The position numbers and the translations under genes are program-made. 38,195 nucleotides of DNA from Octopus bimaculoides (Eukaryota): NCBI RefSeq assembly GCF_001194135.2, contig NC_068984.1, positions 139,620,632 to 139,658,826 on the forward strand, read 5' to 3'. This document shows, in pieces, positions 11,294-23,983 of the stretch (the first letter of the stretch is position 1; every line of letters starts with the position of its first letter). The notes beneath the pieces were generated by a model, which was not told the origin of the DNA, ran no database searches, and was given only the letters and a program-made list of their open reading frames with translations.

Positions 11294-11655
11294 CGTCGTG
11301 GTACTCCGTCGCTTACGACGTCGAGGGTTCCAGTTGATCCGATCAACGGAACAGCCTGCTCGTGAAATTAACGTGCAAGTGGCTGAGAACTCCAAAGGCA
11401 CGTGTACTCTTAACGTAGTTCTCGGGGATATTCAGCGTGACACAGTGTGACAGAGCTGACCCTTTGAATTACAGGCACAACAGAAACAGGAAGTAAGAGT
11501 GAGAGAAAGTTGTGGTGGAAGAGTACAGCAGAGTTCGCCACCATCCCCTGCCCGAGCCTCGTGGAGCTTTAGGTGTTTTCCCGGTCTGGGAATCGAAACC
11601 GCGATCCTATGACTTCGAGTCCGCTGCCCTAACCACTGGGCCATTGCGCCTCCAC
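11294..11655 (-). mobile_element. SINE family B, near full length, with a possible decayed 11-bp TSD
   Basis: Head GTGGAGGCGCAATGGCCCAGTGGTTAGGG with B-box GGTTTCGATTCC. It is highly similar to 27400-27782 apart from a ~21-nt deletion. Flanks TTCTCTGACAT and TCCTCCGACAT match at 9 of 11 positions. Confidence 0.93.
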
Positions 11656-12179
11656 TCCTCCGACATAGAGCTGTATCATCTCTGCAAATTCTTATTCCAC
11701 ATGCTTTTTCTCACAAAATTATAAATGCACCGCCGCAGACATCTTCACAGCCAATAAAAATGAAACGTCAGTTTAATGAAAAGCTCTCACGAATAAACAT
11801 TCAACCAAGAAATCGATTACTTTGTAACTATCAACAGACAAACACTAGCTTATCAAAATGTATATGATGGCTTAGCTATCAACAAAATAACAATGACAAG
11901 ATGAAACGAAATAGCAACCCTGTCCAAATCCTGCGAAAATAACGAATAGTAGCAATTTTTATATTCCAGAAAACTCTAAATTTCTATTTAGACCTGATAC
12001 TCTCTTTTATGCTCAAGTGTAAACGCCTATTGAAAAGAAAATATTTAATTACACCTGACAACTATATCGTCTGCGCGCAATAGCATCCGGATTTCTGTAC
12101 CTAATAATCGAGAACCAACCATAAGCTTCATATCATAAATTTGAAATAAAAATTAAACCCATATCATTTTATTGTTAAC

Positions 12180-12335
12180 GGGAGAATATGATTAAACCCC
12201 GCCAACACGCTAGAAACAGACGCCAAATCGTTCTAAAAATCCGCTTACAACCTTGCTAATGGAGAATGGAAGTGGTTTTGAGCGCCATTTTGCGTCTGTT
12301 TCTAGCATGTTGATAGGATTTATCCGCACCCTTTA
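12180..12335. mobile_element. Short foldback element (MITE-like, unclassified)
   Basis: Inverted arms CCAACACGCTAGAAACAGACGCCAAAT and ATTTTGCGTCTGTTTCTAGCATGTTG surround a ~45-nt spacer. Confidence 0.7.
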
Positions 12336-12479
12336 ATATAATTATGTAAATAATTATGAATTAGTGTATATTAGTAGCGCTATAAACACGAATTTTGTTT
12401 GTATCAATATCCATTTACTCCATGCATACACTTCCATAATCGCACGTGCATAAATTGAGTATACACTGAGTACACACAG

Positions 12480-12484
12480 TCAAG

Positions 12485-12518
<34 letters not shown>

Positions 12519-12778
12519 TACACACACACACACACACAAACAAATACACACACATATGTGTGCGCGCACAAGTGTACGAAAGTTTGCATGGATGTGTGTG
12601 TGTGTGTGCCTATAGATAGATATATACATGCATACATACATACATACATAAATACATACATACATACAGACAAACAGACTTGACAAAAACACAGACAGAC
12701 AGAAACACAGACAGACAAAAACACAGACAGACAGAAACACAGACAGACAGAAACACAGACAGATTGATTGATTGAGAT
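12480..12778. repeat. Compound microsatellite: (CA)n, (CATA)n, a 16-bp AACACAGACAGACAGA unit, and (GATT)n
   Basis: Read directly from the sequence. Confidence 0.9.
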
Positions 12779-13533
12779 AGTTAAGTATGATGTATGTATG
12801 TATACATATTTGGAATTCATTTTAATGTTTTTGATTTTTTGTGCATTTTTTTTTTGGCTTTTTTTAAAACTTTGTTTAATTCAAACCTGTCACGAACGAA
12901 GTGACAAGTTTCTTTTACTTAAATCTAAACAGCTCTCGGGATTTGCAGTTACTAGGTTTGGTTGATGCATGCATTTGTTAGTGCGTTTCACGAGAGAACA
13001 CTAATGTATGTTTCATTGGTTTTTGTGGGTGGGGATTCACATGCATTCAATATGAATATCTTATTATGTGCATACGTTCATTCAAATCTCTATTAATGGT
13101 TTACACATTATTCCTACTTCCCGAATCGATTGTGTCTTGAAAGTGCGAATCAATCTATTATGTTCTTTTTTAAGGGGTGGAGCCAATTTGAGGTAAGCTT
13201 AAGCATTTCTAGGTTTCTATGTAGATCTGATGATAAAAGCCCACTGCAATTGTGATAACAGGAAAATACGAAAATTTATAGCGAGCTTATAAAAGAGATG
13301 TGGGTTTCTCATCAATTCTCCACAGGTACTCCTCTCTTTTTTTTCACGAAATTATAACGATGGATTCAGATGGGTAACTATTCTATTTAACGGGGCACAA
13401 CTATTGCTCCCTATGTCTGTATTTAAGGGCAGCAAAATTTTTTCTGATCTTAAAAAGGATTTTATCCTTTATATATACTGTTCATCAGTATTTACGTGTT
13501 AAAAAAATATATATCTTTGCATATGTTTGTGTG

Positions 13534-13647
<114 letters not shown>

Positions 13648-13910
13648 GAGGCGCGTGGCGTAGTGGTTAGGGTGTCAGCATCAAGATCGTAAGATTGTAG
13701 TTTCGATTCCTGGACCGGGCGACGCGTTGTGTTCTTGAGCAAAACACTTCATTTCACGTTGCTCCAGTCTACTCGGCTAGCAAAAATGAGTAACGCTGCG
13801 ATGGACTGGCGTCCTGTCCGGCTGGGGAACACATACGCCATTGTAACCGGGAAACCGGGTCCATGAGCCTGGCTAGATTTTAAAAGGGCGCATTTATTAT
13901 TTATTATTAT
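13648..13910 (+). mobile_element. SINE family C, full length
   Basis: A-box TGGCGTAGTGG, B-box GTTTCGATTCC, CORE-like TGTGTTCTTGAGCAAAACACTTCATTTCAC, and an (ATT)n tail. It is nearly identical to 32732-33033. Confidence 0.92.
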
Positions 13911-14339
13911 ATATAAAAGCATGTCTATAAATGAAAACGCATATGTACGGTTACACATATATGCATGGTTTTTGTATTACTGACGGTGTGCTTTAGTGCA
14001 GAGATAGTCACACAATATAAATGCAGTGCCTTAACAATTACCCAACCTGATTTAATTCAAATCATTTAATTCACACCAAGCTGTAAAACCTGATAATACA
14101 TATGACCTTCATAGTCTACTGCATGTCACGACATTCAAGCAACTACACCTCCTAATAACGATTTAGTAGGAATACCTACAAAATGTTATATAATATATAT
14201 ATATATATATACATATACATACATAAATGCATTCATGCATATCATAATATGTATTCTTAACTTCAATCAATAATCACAGTTACAAATAAAAATATTTTAG
14301 CGGGAATTTCGTATATATATATGTATGTATGTATATATT

Positions 14340-14593
14340 CTGCTGAGACCCCCTTCGGTAATGACTGACCATGGGATTGCACCTAGAAAGTTACCTTCCC
14401 AGGCACAAGTCCGGGCAAGGTTGTTTATGGAAGACCAGCAGTCGCCCATGCATACCAGTCTCCCCTCTCCACGCCAGCAGTGTTATCCAAGGAAAAGGCA
14501 AAGGGGCCGATACAGCTTGGCACCAGAGACGTGGTAACTCATTTCTACAGCTGAATGAATTAGAGCAACGTAAAATAAAGTGTCTTGCTCAAG
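14340..14593 (-). mobile_element. SINE family E (CORE-like body, distinct tail), head lost in the gap
   Basis: 14535-14593 is the reverse complement of the family C body, and 14345-14490 matches 29350-29500. Confidence 0.75.
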
Positions 14594-15576
14594 NNNNNNN
14601 NNNNNNNNNNNNNNNNNNNNNNNNNNNNNNNNNNNNNNNNNNNNNNNNNNNNNNNNNNNNNNNNNNNNNNNNNNNNNNNNNNNNNNNNNNNNNNNNNNNN
14701 NNNNNNNNNNNNNNNNNNNNNNNNNNNNNNNNNNNNNNNNNNNNNNNNNNNNNNNNNNNNNNNNNNNNNNNNNNNNNNNNNNNNNNNNNNNNNNNNNNNN
14801 NNNNNNNNNNNNNNNNNNNNNNNNNNNNNNNNNNNNNNNNNNNNNNNNNNNNNNNNNNNNNNNNNNNNNNNNNNNNNNNNNNNNNNNNNNNNNNNNNNNN
14901 NNNNNNNNNNNNNNNNNNNNNNNNNNNNNNNNNNNNNNNNNNNNNNNNNNNNNNNNNNNNNNNNNNNNNNNNNNNNNNNNNNNNNNNNNNNNNNNNNNNN
15001 NNNNNNNNNNNNNNNNNNNNNNNNNNNNNNNNNNNNNNNNNNNNNNNNNNNNNNNNNNNNNNNNNNNNNNNNNNNNNNNNNNNNNNNNNNNNNNNNNNNN
15101 NNNNNNNNNNNNNNNNNNNNNNNNNNNNNNNNNNNNNNNNNNNNNNNNNNNNNNNNNNNNNNNNNNNNNNNNNNNNNNNNNNNNNNNNNNNNNNNNNNNN
15201 NNNNNNNNNNNNNNNNNNNNNNNNNNNNNNNNNNNNNNNNNNNNNNNNNNNNNNNNNNNNNNNNNNNNNNNNNNNNNNNNNNNNNNNNNNNNNNNNNNNN
15301 NNNNNNNNNNNNNNNNNNNNNNNNNNNNNNNNNNNNNNNNNNNNNNNNNNNNNNNNNNNNNNNNNNNNNNNNNNNNNNNNNNNNNNNNNNNNNNNNNNNN
15401 NNNNNNNNNNNNNNNNNNNNNNNNNNNNNNNNNNNNNNNNNNNNNNNNNNNNNNNNNNNNNNNNNNNNNNNNNNNNNNNNNNNNNNNNNNNNNNNNNNNN
15501 NNNNNNNNNNNNNNNNNNNNNNNNNNNNNNNNNNNNNNNNNNNNNNNNNNNNNNNNNNNNNNNNNNNNNNNNNNNN

Positions 15577-15636
<60 letters not shown>

Positions 15637-16156
15637 CATATATATCCATGCACATACACACACTCGTATGTATATATATATAAGATACCATATCACTAAA
15701 ACCAGTGTACATACATATGGACGTACATATTTTTTTCTATTGTATAAACTGCTGTTACCTGCCTTACGTGGTCCCGTGTTTCGCTCTGATTCATAAAACA
15801 TTCACTGAAGCAAAGATTATGTTCTCATTGTCACATTGTCATAGATAAATGAAACTTGCTTAATGGTTTGATGTCAGTTGTTTGACTAAAAAGAAAACAT
15901 GCATAAATAAATGATTCAAAGCTAAGAGAGACCTGCAAAGTCTAGTGCTTTCGTTTTAGCAGCGTAGTATATAATCCATGCATGACTACATTTCTCAAAG
16001 ATCGAGCCGTATATGACATGGTCCATCATCAGACGGTGCGCGTTACTAATAGAACATTCAAGGTAATATTTCGTTAAGTATACCGTTCATAAATCCTCAA
16101 GGCCCACATTCAGATTTCACAACGACACACATAAAACTTGCTTTAAATATTTTTAA

Positions 16157-16583
16157 GGCGGTGAACTGGCAGAAACGTTAGCACGCCGGGTGAAATGCTC
16201 AGGAATATTTCGTCTGCTGCAACGTTCTGAGTTCAAATTCCGCCGAGGTCGACTTTGCCTTTTATCTTTTCGGGGTCGATAAATTAAGTACCAGGTACGC
16301 ACTGAGGTCGATTTCAACGATTTAATCCGTTTGTCTGTCCTTGTTTGTCCCCTCTATGTTTAGCCCCTTGTGGGCAATAAAGAAATAAGAAACGTTAGCA
16401 CACCGGGTGAAATGCTTAGCGGTATTTCCCTGTCTTTACGTCACGAGTTCAAATTCCGCCGAGATCGACTTTGCCTTTCATCCTTTCAGGGTCGATAAAT
16501 TAAGTACCTGTCGCGTACTGGTGTCGAGGTAATCGACTGGCCCCTGCCCCTAAAAGTTCGGGCCTTGTGCCTAGAGTAGAAAA
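16157..16583 (+). mobile_element. Tandem dimer of SINE family A (16157-16387 and 16388-16583)
   Basis: Two consecutive AGAAACGTTAGCAC..GAGTTCAAATTCCGCCGAG..GTCGATAAATTAAGTACC units with different 3' tails. Confidence 0.92.
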
Positions 16584-16683
16584 TTTTTTTTTTTTTAGCT
16601 GCCCGTAATTGGTATAAATGGTGTGAGATTGGATAGATAATCTCTTTAGGAACTAAGGTCTAAACAGATCTAAATAGTTTTTG

Positions 16684-16776
16684 AATTACAGAAAATATTC
16701 CCAAATCTATATATTTTTTGAGTAACAGAAAATATTCCCAGATCCAAATATTTTCCTTAATTACAGAAAATAATCC
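16684..16776. repeat. ~37-bp tandem repeat, ~2.5 copies
   Basis: The ACAGAAAATA motif recurs at about 16688, 16725 and 16763. Confidence 0.75.
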
Positions 16777-17776
16777 TTTATATATTCCTAGGATTTACGT
16801 TGACAGACGTTCTCTTCACCGACATACGTATTGGAACTCACAAGCAAATAACCTATATTTAAATAGTTTAAACATGCTTATTTCTGTCGTGTACCTTCTT
16901 GAAATTGACGTAACTTTCATCTATTTTATAGCGTTCCCACAGCTTATCACGGAGATATCTAAGTATCCACATTTAATATAAGAAGTTTGATGGCTAGTAT
17001 ATTGCAATGCAATTAGTCAATTTCCATTAGAACATTCTTTGATCAGCAATCCGACACTGTTTGGAGCTGACCACGCTGGTATTACTGTGTTCAAAGTGCA
17101 GTACGATATGGAGAATTATATGTAACAGGATGTTAGAAGATTAATGTTATTGATTACCAAATTTTTTCACTGAACTCACTCACGTCAATCATGACATTTA
17201 CAAAAGCTTCCCTGTCCAACAATGTCATTACGTTTATCTATGTATCAAGTGTCAGGGGATTCTGTAAAGTAAGATGCTTTAGATAGGGAATATATTTGTA
17301 AATAAACAAAGCTAATCGATAGTATAGTTGTTGGAAATAGAGTTAACGTAAATAAAGTGTAAACTGTGTTGCCTTTTGTAGAGCTTTTCTCACATTATTT
17401 GTATTCAAATGCACTCTGAACAGCGAGTTTGTGTTTAATATCTTTAATCGATCTTTATAGCTCAAAGATTGAATATATTGACGTTTTGCATTAATAGATC
17501 GCTGCAGAACATCAATTTGTAATAGGAAACCTTAAAAATAGATTAATCCCAATAGGCAACAATATTCAAATATGTTTGGAGAAAGGCAAGAGCTGAAGAG
17601 AATTTAAAGTCTATACAAACTTAGATGAACTGTCCAACTTACACACACGCACCCAAGCATACACCGCACGCATGCTCAAACACGGAGTGGCACCCTCACA
17701 TACGCGTATATATTATCCGAAGATGTAACCTTTATAAGGTACGCAAACATACATTTAAAATTTGTGATCCGATTAA

Positions 17777-18981
17777 ATGTATGTGTATTCACAGAGGAAT
17801 CCATAAATTACGCTTACAATTTGGAAAATTCAGAAAAATTGCGTGCAAATAATGGAAGAACTGTTTTGCAGAATACATAAAAGAGAAACCCTCCACTAGA
17901 CAGAACTGTCATTATTAGTCCTTTAGGAAGCCCGACGAAATGCTTCACGGTATTTCGTCCGCCGCTACTTTCTGAGTTCAAATTCCACCGAGGTCGACTT
18001 CGCATTTCATCCTCTCGGAGTCGGTTAAATAAGTATCAGTTGAGTACTTGGGTCGATGTTATCGACTTATACCCTCCCACAAAATTTCAGACCTTGTACT
18101 TATAGTACAACGGATTATTAGTCCATCGGGAGTATTTATTTTAAACGAGCAACAGAATGAGAGAGTGAAAGGAGACAGAATGAAAGAGAATTTCTGTCGT
18201 ATATTCGCTTAACAAAAATGCATTGCACAAAAATTTATTTGTGGTCATTCGTATGTAATCTCAATTCTGTTACGAATAATTAAACTAATCAGTTCGTCTC
18301 CAGATACACTTTTATGTACATGCATACCTATATATATATATGTACACACATACTCATACATACATCCATACATGCATACTTATATATATATGAGTAAGTC
18401 TGGATATGTAATTGTATGCATAAGTATACATACATAAAACATACAAATCTGCACATGATTACATACATATATACATACATACATGCATACATACATACAT
18501 ACATACAAACAAAGAAAAATATTTGTTGTTGATGTTGAAAATTCAATAAAGGAGCCTCGGATCTAGGTTAGAAACCGGTTCTTTCTCCATTGGCAAGAAG
18601 TCTTGAAATAAACGGAATAACGACATACATACGTACATGGTGAAAGAATATATTAAAACGTAAAATGAAAACATACCGCATATCCTTTGTGTTCTGTTTT
18701 CATTTTACGTTATATATATATAAGCAAGCACACGAACACAGCACACAGACGATATCCGTGACTTACACTTATGATTAGTAGAATACAAAAATAAAATAAT
18801 GATAACTTAGCAGAGTTTATTGTCAAACGTAGGCAAAGAAGTAAATTTTATTAGAATGATCAGAACACTTCCTCCGGGACTCCATTATTTGCACGCAACC
18901 GAGCTGATTTATCCTTATATTTTTCTGAATTTTCGAAACTGGAGGTGTAATTTATGAAATCCTCTGTGAATACATATACAT
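17777..18981. mobile_element. Unclassified element bounded by diverged inverted repeats (17777-17856 and 18881-18981)
   Basis: The arms share GTATTCACAGAGGA-T-CATAAATTAC..GAAAATTCAGAAAAAT..TTGCGTGCAAA-TAATGGA. The left arm lacks ~22 nt. Confidence 0.55.
17930..18120 (+). mobile_element. SINE family A, 5'-truncated
   Basis: GAGTTCAAATTCCACCGAGGTCGACTT core and the family tail. Confidence 0.88.
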
Positions 18982-19749
18982 ATGTATTTCAAATGTTTAA
19001 CAATACATACTTACATATATACACACTAACCCACATATATGTATTATTTATCATGTATGTTTATATATATGTATATATATATATATATATGTATTATGTA
19101 TATGTAATTAGATGATATATATATATAATACATACATACATATACATACATACACACACACACATACACACGCACACACAAACATATATATATANNNNNN
19201 NNNNNNNNNNNNNNNNNNNNNNNNNNNNNNNNNNNNNNNNNNNNNNNNNNNNNNNNNNNNNNNNNNNNNNNNNNNNNNNNNNNNNNNNNNNNNNNNNNNN
19301 NNNNNNNNNNNNNNNNNNNNNNNNNNNNNNNNNNNNNNNNNNNNNNNNNNNNNNNNNNNNNNNNNNNNNNNNNNNNNNNNNNNNNNNNNNNNNNNNNNNN
19401 NNNNNNNNNNNNNNNNNNNNNNNNNNNNNNNNNNNNNNNNNNNNNNNNNNNNNNNNNNNNNNNNNNNNNNNNNNNNNNNNNNNNNNNNNNNNNNNNNNNN
19501 NNNNNNNNNNNNNNNNNNNNNNNNNNNNNNNNNNNNNNNNNNNNNNNNNNNNNNNNNNNNNNNNNNNNNNNNNNNNNNNNNNNNNNNNNNNNNNNNNNNN
19601 NNNNNNNNNNNNNNNNNNNNNNNNNNNNNNNNNNNNNNNNNNNNNNNNNNNNNNNNNNNNNNNNCAAAATCCAAAATTACAGATAAAAATTACAGGTATA
19701 TATATATATATCAATTGGCTTTCCTTACTTCGGATTTTAATATTAAGGC

Positions 19750-19967
19750 AGGCAGTGAAATGGCAGAAACGTTAGCACGCCGCCAAAATGTTTGGTGGTA
19801 TTTCATCTGTCTTTACGTTCTGGGTTCAAATTCCGCCGAAGTCGACTTTGCTTTTTATCCTTTTGTGGTCGACAAATTAAGTACCAGTTGTGTACTGGAG
19901 TCAACCTAATTGACTGGTCCACTCCCTCAAAATTTCGGGCTTTGTGTCTAGAGTAGAAAAGAATATT
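19750..19967 (+). mobile_element. SINE family A, full length
   Basis: GGCAGTGAAATGGCAGAAACGTTAGCACG head through the GTAGAAAAGAATATT tail. Confidence 0.9.
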
Positions 19968-19974
19968 AATGTGT

Positions 19975-20118
19975 GAGGTGTTGAGCTGGCAAAATCGTTA
20001 GCAAGCCAACAAAAATGCTTAGCGGTAATTCATCACTCTTTAGGTTGTGAGTTCAAATTCGACGAATCCGACTTCGCCTTTCATCATTTCGCAGGCGAGA
20101 GAATAGGTTGAGTACAGG
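19975..20118 (+). mobile_element. SINE family A, second adjacent copy, degenerate
   Basis: GAGCTGGCAAAATCGTTAGC..GAGTTCAAATTC..GCCTTTCATC. Confidence 0.8.
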
Positions 20119-20514
20119 GAGGGCACTCGTTGCCAAAATATGAAACCGGTATTAATGTTTAGCACTCCGTTTCCCATCATATTAGAAATGATTATAGTGA
20201 GTGTACTATTAAGGGTGGTAATTGAAAATGAATAATTAAATTATAAGGGAATAACTATATTACAAGAAGTTGTTGCACTATTCTTTCTTCGAAAGAATTA
20301 CAGCGCTCATTCTCTAGTGAGGCAGCAAATAAGAAATTTTACCTGAAGTGTAATTTATATTAATTTACGTTGAACAATTAAAATACAAAGGTACAATTTC
20401 AGGACCTCGTAGCACTATATTTTTCTTAATATACCTATTGTTTCCATCATTGTTCTACATTAGACGTTAAATGATAATTAAATAAAGATATGTATACAAT
20501 TTTAGATGTATATA

Positions 20515-20762
20515 TTGGGTTGGTGCATAATTACTGCGGCTTTTTCAACAAATTTTATTCAACAAAAATAATAAGAATATTTAACAAAAACATCTTCAAA
20601 TGACGGTTTGACTGTCTGCCAAGCAAATGGGAAGTAGTAATTGAAGTAGATGGTGAATATACTCCGGAATAATCAATTAAAGATGTTTTTGTAACATGTT
20701 GTTATTGCTTTTGTTGAATAAAATTTGTTGAAAAAAGCCGCAATAATTATGCACCAACCCAG
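20515..20762 (+). mobile_element. Palindromic mariner MITE, copy 2 (same family as 9895-10141)
   Basis: TA flanks at 20513-20514 and 20763-20764, and TIR TTGGGTTGGTGCATAATTA. The core reads like a transposase C-terminus (--LPSKWEVVIEVDGEYTPE* after a frameshift). Confidence 0.92.
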
Positions 20763-21059
20763 TACTTATATACGTATACATATAAAATGGCGTGATTACT
20801 TTATATCAGCAATGATATGTGGGGTATGAGTGTGTATGTGCATGTGTAATGTTAAATTGTTACAGAAGATTGCTCAACATTCGGAGGTTAATGCCACCAT
20901 TTAAAACGCATGTAGTATTTGAACTTTACTTACGTTGCACTATAAATTGATTAAAATATGTAATGATTTAATAAGTGAATTGTTTTATTGAACTTATTTC
21001 GTCCCCATCTGTGACTGTATTTAATGGCGTCCATGGCTGTTTCAAATTTCATACATATA

Positions 21060-21617
21060 TCTTTTATCTTTTATCTTTTATTGTTTAATTGTGTCAGTCA
21101 TTGAATTGTTGCTGTGCTGGAACAGGGCCTTGAAAAACTTTTCCTTGAACAAAGCAACCCTAATACTGCTTTTTTCAAAATTCTACTACTCATTCTATCG
21201 GCGTTTATTGTCGAACTGCTAAGTTATGATAGGGTGGTAAGCAGACGAACAGCAGTTGCTACGTGGTGAGGGGAGAGACACAAACACATTCACATATACA
21301 AACCCACCTACAAACACACGTACACACACAGAGGCATACACACACACACACATATATATATATGTACATACACTCACACATACACACACGCACACACATA
21401 AGCACACACACACAAGCACACACAAGCACACACACACACGCACGCACATGTATGCGACAGGCTTCTCTCTGTTTCCGTCTACCGAAGCACACAAGGCTTT
21501 CTTGTCGGAGCGGGTCTATACTAGACGACACGCACCCAAGTTGCCACGCAGTAGGAGTGAACCCGATATTACGTGGCTGGGGAACGAACTTTCTGCCACA
21601 CAGACATGCTTACGCAT
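21060..21617 (-). mobile_element. SINE family D, degenerate, with an internal CA-rich tract
   Basis: Head at 21455-21617 and tail at 21060-21280, on the reverse strand relative to 4086-4550. Confidence 0.7.
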
Positions 21618-22391
21618 ATATATGGAGAATATGCAAGAGGGAACATCGTTTCCAATGAAGCCAGAGGCATTACGTAATAGTTTTAACAAAACAAATAATC
21701 AAATTATTTTCTGATAAATCAACAGATTAACTGATAATTCCTTGAAAATAAATAGAAACTGAATGGCATATAGCACGTGAGATTTAATCTTTCAGACCAT
21801 GTGCTTTAACATAAAAATTCACAAGAATGTTGTAAAACCGAAACAAATTACGATAAAAAATCTAAGAACAACGAATGAAGAACACGCAACACACAGGGAA
21901 CAGCGACTTATTGTATTTAGTGCCTTCTCTTTACTCCATGACATTGATGAAATGAGAAATATTATGAGCTTTAATTTGGAACAGATGCAGTCCACAATAT
22001 CCATTCACACAAATATGCTATCCGCCTTATATTATTCCTTCAGTGATGATGAGGGGGGGGGGTATAAATAACGCAGATGTTCTGCTTACATATAATACAT
22101 ATATATATATATATATATANNNNNNNNNNNNNNNNNNNNNNNNNNNNNNNNNNNNNNNNNNNNNNNNNNNNNNNNNNNNNNNNNNNNNNNNNNNNNNNNN
22201 NNNNNNNNNNNNNNNNNNNNNNNNNNNNNNNNNNNNNNNNNNNNNNNNNNNNNNNNNNNNNNNNNNNNNNNNNNNNNNNNNNNNNNNNNNNNNNNNNNNN
22301 NNNNNNNNNNNNNNNNNNNNNNNNNNNNNNNNNNNNNNNNNNNNNNNNNNNNNNNNNNNNNNNNNNNNNNNNATATATATATATATATATA

Positions 22392-22510
22392 TACTAGCAG
22401 AGATATCTGGCGTTGCCCGTGTTACACGTAATTCAAGAATTAGACTTTTCTTTTATATTTTCCCTAATGAACTGGAATACTTATGATTTAAATTTCATCA
22501 AAATTGGAGA
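22392..22510 (+). mobile_element. Possible Helitron/Helentron-associated non-autonomous fragment
   Basis: TACTAGCAGA..GGCGTTGCCCG start and an AAATTTCATCAAAATTGG motif, recalled as typical of DINE-1/HINE-like repeats. Not verified by search. Confidence 0.4.
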
Positions 22511-22539
22511 TTAAGAATTATAATCAGGTTCTTTCCCTC

Positions 22540-22840
22540 TTTACACACCCTAACAAAAATTCTAATCATCACATATTTATCCCATACTACTCGTCCTTAT
22601 GCCCAGATTCCAAAGATACCGTCCATTCCATATAAAGGTGGAGACAATGTACTTCAATAAGTTTGGATTCATAGGTACTCAGCTCTTCAATCTTTTGTCA
22701 AAAGAATTAAGAAGATCACAGAATGTTGATATGGATGTCTTCAAGAAAAGAAATTGAACAGTCTTCTATACAACATAAGATAAACCAACATACCATCATG
22801 AAATACGGACGGGAGCGGCGGTGTGGAACTCACTCGAATA
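22540..22840 (+). pseudogene. Decayed LINE ORF2 3' end (L2/CR1 group)
   Basis: Frameshifted translation FGFIGTQLFNLLSKELRRSQNVDMDVFKK/KLNSLLYNI/DKPTYHHEIRTGAAVWNSL resembles the G-RLFN-LP--LR..VDVFK-KLD..P.NSL terminus of this LINE group. Confidence 0.7.
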
Positions 22841-22989
22841 CCGAAGATATGCAAGGGAAAAAAGCACATACAACAGTGGCGATTTGAAATTAAAACACGC
22901 AGAATGCTCAACCACATACGAGCGCTGTGGAATGGGTACATATTCACGGTCATTATCCGGTATAACCATAGTTGCATGGTAAAAACATG

Positions 22990-23106
22990 TAAACGGTTGA
23001 CAGACAGCCAGCCAGACAGACAGACAGGTAGATAACTAGGTAGCTAGATAGATAGATAGATACATAGATAGATAGATACATAGATAGATAGATAGATAGA
23101 TAGATA
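22990..23106. repeat. (GACA)n/(GATA)n microsatellite
   Basis: Read directly from the sequence. Confidence 0.93.
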
Positions 23107-23109
23107 TCC

Positions 23110-23305
23110 TTTATCTTTAATGTTTTACTTTTGCAGTAATCGGACTGCAACCATGCCAGAGCACCACCTCAAGAAATTTAAGTCGAACGAATTGCCCCAG
23201 GATATTATTTTAAAACCTGGCACTATATATATATGTATGTATGTAAATGTTCTTTATAAATGTTCTGCAAACTATTTACAGCGTTGGATTTTTATCTCAT
23301 TCTGC

Positions 23306-23356
<51 letters not shown>

Positions 23357-23480
23357 CGATGGACTTCTTTCAGTTTCCATTTCCCAAATCCGCTTCCAGG
23401 GCATTAGTTAGCCCGAGGCTCAAGTGACAGACAACTCCTAATGTAGTTGAGAAGCAAACGTCTTACTACACAGCCATACT
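23110..23480 (-). mobile_element. SINE family D, degenerate, internally deleted
   Basis: Tail at 23110-23225, a TA tract, and head at 23356-23480. Confidence 0.7.
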
Positions 23481-23547
23481 ATGTGTATATATATATGTAT
23501 GTATGCATGTAAAGATGCATGAATCGGTTATGCAATAAATGAAATTT

Positions 23548-23581
<34 letters not shown>

Positions 23582-23648
23582 TATAATGATATAATGTAAA
23601 TGCATTTCTCGTTATCTAATAGTATTTTTTTCTTCTCATCTTCTCAAG

Positions 23649-23693
23649 GTTTTGAAATTTCAAGAGATGTTTCACGTAGAATTACCTCATAAA
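23649..23693 (+). other. Candidate 45-nt exon (VLKFQEMFHVELPHK in phase 0)
   Basis: Long pyrimidine tract ending TTCTCAAG|G, donor AAA|GTAAGT, length a multiple of 3, and one open frame. No homology recognised. Confidence 0.3.
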
Positions 23694-23818
23694 GTAAGTA
23701 CTAACCATTTCTAAGTTACCCGTTTTCACTACACATTGTAAAAGTTATTTACTATTTGTCCCGCTGCTTTCAACACACGTATGCTCTTAGTACTTTATTT
23801 TGTTGTCTATATAGCTGT

Positions 23819-23983
23819 GTGGAGGTGCAATGGCCCAGTGGTTCTAGCAGCGGACTCGCAGTCGTGGGATTCCGGTTTCTATTCCCAGCCCGTGCTTTGT
23901 GAGTGTTTATCGAGCTCCACGAAAATACCTAAAGCAGGGCGGGGGCGAACCCTGCTGTACTCTTTCGCCACAACTTTCTCACA
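23819..23983 (+). mobile_element. SINE family B, 5' half, rearranged
   Basis: GTGGAGGTGCAATGGCCCAGTGGTT..GGCGAACCCTGCTGTACTCTT. Confidence 0.88.

Noticed and set aside
11432-11724. ORFs over SINEs (also 5838-6056, 13485-13958, 27306-27561, 32690-32887)
   Set aside because: They lie inside multicopy SINEs and are not genes.
13648-13725. tRNA-like A/B boxes (also near 11580-11655, 27710-27782, 31473, 32732)
   Set aside because: These are SINE heads followed by SINE bodies, and no convincing cloverleaf acceptor stem is seen.
20934-20939. Possible 6-nt minus-strand microexon TGCAAC|GTAAGT
   Set aside because: The acceptor lacks a pyrimidine tract, so a chance match is likely.
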